Source of the DNA: Macrostomum lignano | Taxonomy: Eukaryota | DNA length: 54,026 bases | NCBI GenBank assembly: GCA_002269645.1 | Contig: NIVC01003348.1 | Location: forward strand, 49,061 to 103,086 | Direction of reading: 5' to 3' | Shown: positions 48,661-54,026 of the stretch, one piece after another | How the letters are laid out: every line of letters starts with the position of its first letter | How positions within the stretch are numbered: the first letter of the stretch is position 1 | Made by a program: the position numbers and the translations under genes | Notes under the pieces: model-generated | Seen by the model: only the letters and a program-made list of their open reading frames with translations | What the model was told of the DNA's origin: nothing | Databases searched by the model: none

Positions 48661-50121
48661 CAATCTATAATCTATTACAGAGTGTTTTATATAATAGGAA
48701 TGTTAGATGGTTTCTTGTTTTTTAATACAATAAAGATGTTATATAATAGGTCTTAACTCTATGAATTATACCCTAAGATTAGACCCTAGATGCAATTTTT
48801 TATTCTGGCACTAGCAAAAAATAGTGTATATATATAGGCCTACCATGCAATATAATCTAGATTAGCTTATGGCTATGCCCTATGGTTAAAATATAGCTTA
48901 AAATTTATATTAAAAATGTGATTTAAATGATTCTTTAAATCTGCTTTTATTGAAATTGTAACAATTTCTATAAAGAAACAAATAGTGGTTTAAAAATTGG
49001 AAAACAAAAATTGAAGTCATTTAGTAAATAGATTTCAATTTTGGGAATTTTATATGCTAATTTTATAGATATAGATTCATATATACTTGTAGTAAAGATT
49101 CTCAGGATAAAATAAGATTAGAGCAATATTGTTGCATGTTACTTCCCTATTATATATTAGGCCTATATAAGTATATATAGAAATTAGCCAGCAATTGCAT
49201 GAATGCCGAAAGCTCTGTCTAGGGTAGTCCAGTCTTGAAAAGCTAGTCTGGACTTAAGATTTGGTATGCAGAAATGCAAAGTTTGACTGGTCTACTATAG
49301 ACAGAACTAGGGTAGCTAGACCATAGACCATAGATCGACTGAACTATCCAAGTCCGGACTAGCTAGTCTGGACTAAGCTTTCTGCATACAGCCCATAATG
49401 TCAAGTGCAAAGGGCTTATAATAGCAAATTAACTAGAATATTTTGCTAATCAATACCATGGCTTAATAGCTACTTGTTTAGGTAGGCCCCTAATATTTTT
49501 ACTTTATAGTTCAAAAACTTAAAACCTGGACGATTTTTTCATTTTTGAAAACTGATTATAATAAAAACAGTTAAAAACATGACTGGAACGGCTCACAAAC
49601 ATACTAAAAAACGTAGCAGATCAGGATATCGCAATGACAATGAGCTAACAGTTTATTACTGGTAGAAAAATAAAGTCGTATTGAAAATGAAAAGCAATTA
49701 TGCCAAGTAGTGGAACCAAGGAAAGTCATTCGTACAGTGCAGTTAAAGCTAGAACAAATTTAGAGGGTTTACGCACAAAATTTCTGATAAGGTGCTGAGC
49801 AAATTGGACGCTGTTAACCTCAGACGTCAACTTGTTCTTTGGAAAAAAACATAAAACGTACAAAATTAAAAACTAGAAGTGCATGCACGTATCCAGCTGT
49901 AACAAATAAAAGCTTTATGGTTATAACAAATGTTACATTACTGTCTCTGTTTAACTTGAACAAAATTAAAATTAAAAGGACCCAAAGCATTTCAAAATAT
50001 CTAATATTTCTATTGATTGGCATAACTACATCTTTCGGCAAAGCTTTGATGTTCAATACTATTTAACTGAATGCTCTAATGTGGATTGTAAAAACTATAT
50101 CATCAGATCTGCCTGCAACTA

Positions 50122-50488
50122 CTATTGTTCAAAGTCACTAAACTTTCGCTTGAGCACCTGACTCTGCGAGATGCAGCTGTAAGCAAGTCGAGCGCCAGCA
50201 GTTAAATGCATAGAGTTCAAAAGTTTATCGCTGTAACTAAGATGCGTCGTCTCCATAATGGGAAACACCGAGCGAAGACACGGCAGCAGCAGAATGTAGG
50301 CCACTAATATTAGACCGACGAGAATCGAAGCTACACACACTGCCATGGACCAGCCACGCTTGATTTCTAGCGGGGCCGTGAACTCGTGAAGAGGCAGTAT
50401 AACTCTGGACTTGGCCATGGTTAGGATTGGACACACAACCAGACCAAAGATCAATAGGATTAAGATAGAAATACTTTCAAAATCGAAC
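50122..50488 (-). CDS. Probable last exon of an unknown membrane protein (two hydrophobic helices)
   Basis: Acceptor gtaacag|G; FESISILILLIFGLVVCPILTM...GWSMAVCVASILVGLILVAYILLLPCL, open to TAG. Phase 2 entry; the link to the previous exon is unresolved. Confidence 0.6.
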
Positions 50489-50787
50489 CTGTTACAGTAG
50501 ATGGTTTAAAGGTAATCTTTTTATAGAGGTTGACTGACTCGTACAGGACATAAGACGCATGCATACCATGTATGCATCATGCAGATGATATGATGAGCTT
50601 TATAGTGAAATCAACTATTATCAATCTATATGCAAATTGTTATGAAATAATTCAACTTAAATTAATGTTGCTACTGCTTTGGGACACGAAACTGTGCTTT
50701 AAATAAAATTGGAATACATATTATTCTGGTGCATGGTCTCAAAGTACTCGTATCCGATCGTACCCTCTCGTATCCTCCTATACTTAC

Positions 50788-50897
50788 AAGGGCTCATGCC
50801 ATACAGTTCGTATCTAACGGGAGCAAAAATCAATGAGACAAGCGACCCGCAGCAAGCTAGGAGGCAAAGCAGACAAGCAGGGGTTATATATGGTACG
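50788..50897 (-). CDS. Exon 4 of the unknown membrane protein
   Basis: Acceptor ctccag|C and donor T|gtaagt; encodes the hydrophobic stretch ACLLCLLACCGSLVSLIFAPV. Phase is consistent with exon 3. Confidence 0.55.
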
Positions 50898-50961
50898 CTG
50901 GAGCTCCTGGTGCTAGCTTAATTGCCCCTCAAACGGAATGGCGCCAAAAGTACATGCATAC

Positions 50962-51051
50962 AGGTACAACTTTAAGTCATCATACAGGTTGTACAGATGC
51001 CCCGACTTTCTCATATAGTCCACCGGCACTTGCGCAGATACACTCCTTATC
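50962..51051 (-). CDS. Exon 3 of the unknown membrane protein
   Basis: Acceptor ctgcag|G and donor CT|gtatgc; open in phase 2 (IRSVSAQVPVDYMRKSGHLYNLYDDLKLY). Confidence 0.55.
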
Positions 51052-51140
51052 CTGCAGCTCAAAGATTACCCCTCAATGGGAGTGAATTACACAACTTAAT
51101 TATCAAGTCCTAACAAAGATGCAATATTTTTCCAACTTAC

Positions 51141-51294
51141 GATGGAGCATCGAAGGTATGGGTCCACTCGGCCATAATATGACCAACGTTCGCTCGCTTT
51201 TTCCTGCTGGTAGTGGTCCTGCCGATTTCCTTCATAATGTCTGTCCCTTTCTTACGGGACTCTTTTAGTGCGTTGGCAAAGTTTTGTAGTCCGC
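51141..51294 (-). CDS. Exon 2 of the unknown membrane protein
   Basis: Branch-like ctaac, acceptor gtgcag|GC and donor TC|gtaagt. Open only in phase 1, matching the exon 1 donor. Confidence 0.6.
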
Positions 51295-51377
51295 CTGCAC
51301 GGGTTAGGGGGTATAAGTAAAAGTTGAGTGTGTATTGCCGATCATCATAAGCTTAAGTAGATACTCGTAGATCTCAC

Positions 51378-52251
51378 CCTGAGTAGCAGCATGGTGAGAT
51401 TCAGTAGGATTTGACCGTTCAACTGGTCGGCACCTTCTTTGACGTCTTTGTCTCGCGGTACACCGATATTGTCCAGTTAATTCCACTTCGCCAAACTCTT
51501 TCACGGATTCATTATTGGTCTTATTAATGGTCTCCCTCCTGCTGATGGCCTCTTTTAATGCATCCTCATCTGTTTGGTAGGTGACTATCGGCTTGACTTT
51601 GGTGCTCGCGTCCGATTCTGCATGCTTGGAGTTGAGCGTGTTGGTCTCATCCTTGATCTTGTTCTCATCCTTGATCTTGGTCGCATCCTTGATCGTGGTC
51701 GCATCCTTGGTCTCATCCTTGATCTTTGTCGCATCCTTGATCTTTGTCACATCCTTGATCTTTGTCGCATCCTTGATCTTGGTCTCATCCTTGGTCTCAT
51801 CCTTGATCTTGGTCGCATCCTTGATCTTGGTCGCATCCTTGGTTTCATCCTTGGTCTCATTTTTCATCGCGTTTTTCGACTTATCTCTGGTCTCCTTTTT
51901 TGCTTTATTGTCGGTACCGCTTGTTATTGTCTCAGCTTTCACAGCTCTCATATCGTCTTTCGATTTGGCATTCGTATCATTTCCACGGATTCCAATGCGA
52001 TTCTCGTCCACCTCCACTGCGAGAGATTCTGCCGGAATCGATGCAACATCGCTCAAGGACGATTTCTCAGCAGTGTTGTCTTCCATGTTTTCGTCCAGAT
52101 AGCAAATATTTATAAAATCAGTAATCAGTTTTGTAAAGATGCGCTCTGTTTGGTAAAAACTCAGATTTGAATCGCGTATTGTGTTGGCTACTGCAGGGCC
52201 GTTTATAACTTCTTGCCATAGACAGTTGTCAAATATATCAGTGAGGGACAT
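51378..52251 (-). CDS. Exon 1 of an unknown protein with an 18-nt/6-aa tandem repeat (KDATKI/KDETKI)
   Basis: 874-nt open frame from ATG, with an in-frame TGA immediately upstream. Donor CAGG|gtgaga. The repeat at about 51645-51860 keeps frame in 18-nt and 12-nt units. Confidence 0.65.
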
Positions 52252-52296
52252 TCAGTGCCTGCCATTCATTGTATTTAGAGCTTTGAGTGTGCGATT

Positions 52297-52301
<5 letters not shown>

Positions 52302-52382
<81 letters not shown>
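52302..52382. repeat. (GA)n microsatellite, a (TC)n tract on the minus strand upstream of the acceptor at 52259
   Basis: Direct inspection. Confidence 0.97.
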
Positions 52383-52386
<4 letters not shown>

Positions 52387-53114
52387 ACAATCAAACGATC
52401 GAGAGCGCTTTGACAGAGTGACGACACTCAATGGGAGAGTGCTTTTTACAGAGTGACAAAGAGTCTCAAAAGTAAATACATGTACTACAAAATACGGGTA
52501 GTAAAGAGATATTTTATACTGAATAAAAACATTTTTAAACCATCTTTATAACCCCCTTTAAAATTTTGTTTTGGTTTTACAGATTTTAATTCTTCGTATG
52601 GTTAATTAAGAAGAACCTCTAACCTAGAGGTTAGAAGTGACTCCTAAGTGTTTGTAAAACACATTTACGGCTCAGTCTTAAGTTCGAAACTAAGTTGGAA
52701 CTTAGGAGTCAGTCTTAAGACACAGTTCGTAAAACAACCCCCAGTGCCTTAAAGTACATTTACATAAAGTCGCAAGTCAATTGTATATAATTGACAATTG
52801 TTAATCCAACATTGGAATGGGTTTTTAATGAAGTATGAAATTACGATTACAAGTATAAAGCTCTATATCCCTCACCAAAATATAAATATATCACTCAGGC
52901 TTGATTAAAATTTAACTGCAGCCTAAAGCGGCCAATTAGCTAGATATTGGCCGCACTTCCTAATACATCAATTATTGATATTACGCTCGTAAAAGTAGCT
53001 GACGGTTTGTAGGGTTGGAGTTGTCAGACCGAAAATAATGAAGTTGATTAGGGTAAGTAAGCTAGCGATGGTTGAGCAAATATTAATTAGTGACTGTGAT
53101 GTTGTGGAGAGGAC

Positions 53115-53540
53115 AGATGGGAAGAGACTAGGGAGGTTGAGACTGGGAAAGGGAGGGTGAGATTGGAAAAGAGAGGGTGAGACTGGGGAAGGGAGGGTGA
53201 GTTTTTGGAAAGGGAGGGTGAGACTGGAAAAGGGAGGGTGAGACTGGGGAAGGGAGGGTGAAGCTGGGGAAGAGAGGGTGAGACTGGGAATGGTACGTGA
53301 GACTGGGGAACAGAGGGTGAGACTGGGGAAGAGAGGGAGACTGGGATTATAGGGTGAGACTTAGGATTAGAGTGTGAGACTAGGGATTAGAGGGTGAGAC
53401 TAGGGATTAGAGGGTGAGACTAGGGATTAGAGGGTGAGACTAGGATTAGAGGGTGAGACTAGGGATTAGAGGGTGAGACTAGGGATTAGAGGGTGAGACT
53501 AGGATTAGAGGGTGAGACTAGGGATTAGAGGGTGAGACTT
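53115..53540. repeat. G-rich 20-bp minisatellite (GAGACTAGGGATTAGAGGGT and GAGACTGGGGAAGGGAGGGT variants)
   Basis: Direct inspection. Confidence 0.92.
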
Positions 53541-54026
53541 GAGTTTGTAGTGGAGCAGCAATGAAATAAAGTACAGCCAGAGGATTAGCATGAAAAATCG
53601 CCTTATGCTGAAGCAACCTACATAAATCAATTATTCCCTTTCACAAAGACCGTTGATTGTATTTGTTCATGGTACTCATAAATCAATTCTTTGTCATTGT
53701 AACACGAGTATTGTTACTAGCAAAAGAGAAAGTCACAGAACAAAGTTGGTTGTATCGATTTACATCTGGAAAAGATCAGAATTAAGCTGGCTATGGCATT
53801 TAGGATCGAAGGATCATTAAAGACATTTTGTTTATCTGCGACGAGAAACAGTTTGTGGCGTCCTTTAATGATTTATTGTGCTTATGGCAATGTACTTTAC
53901 AGAGTATTACAAATTGAATTCCGAATATTTTATAGGTACTCTGTTTATTCATCAAATAATAGGCATCACATTGAAGTTCGGCTTTGTGAATCTAAAATAT
54001 AACTCCATAGTCCATAAAATTCTGCA

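Noticed and set aside
49195-49395. Degenerate inverted ends (GGGCTGTATGCAGAAAGCT) suggesting a Harbinger-like MITE; a similar half-element at about 52600-52745
   Set aside because: Only one clear terminus each and no TSD, so boundaries cannot be supported.
51304-51377. Rab-like N-terminal motif EIYEYLLKLMMIG at the end of the 315-aa ORF
   Set aside because: It lies just downstream of a strong CAGG|gtgaga donor, is followed by a stop, and no GxxxxGK P-loop follows in any spliced frame. It is most likely intronic coincidence.

Overview
Eukaryotic (metazoan) genomic DNA with GC-rich exons, AT-rich intergenic tracts, introns filled with minisatellites and many transposon relics. This overall style, plus PAN/LamG and glycine-rich secreted-protein genes, is most consistent with a free-living flatworm such as Macrostomum (inference only). 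All host genes lie on the minus strand: (1) the first six exons of a Dopey/DOP1 gene (9074->1980, continuing off the left edge), carrying three 1-nt frameshifts at homopolymers; (2) an intronless secreted PAN/apple-like + LamG/concanavalin-like protein (28385->27459); (3) a complete 3-exon NIM1K kinase (46677->36564); (4) an unannotated multi-exon membrane protein with a KDATKI hexapeptide repeat (52251->50122); (5) possibly a short orphan ORF with an N-myristoylation motif (24416->24006). Mobile DNA includes a 5'-inverted, truncated Penelope-like retroelement whose two 258-bp inverted arms each carry a minimal hammerhead ribozyme, an internally deleted THAP/P-like transposon, an EnSpm/CMC-like non-autonomous element, a GG..CC MITE with an 8-bp TSD, and three LINE fragments. 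Most entries in the ORF track are translations of tandem repeats and are not genes. Family assignments come from recalled motifs, not from database searches.
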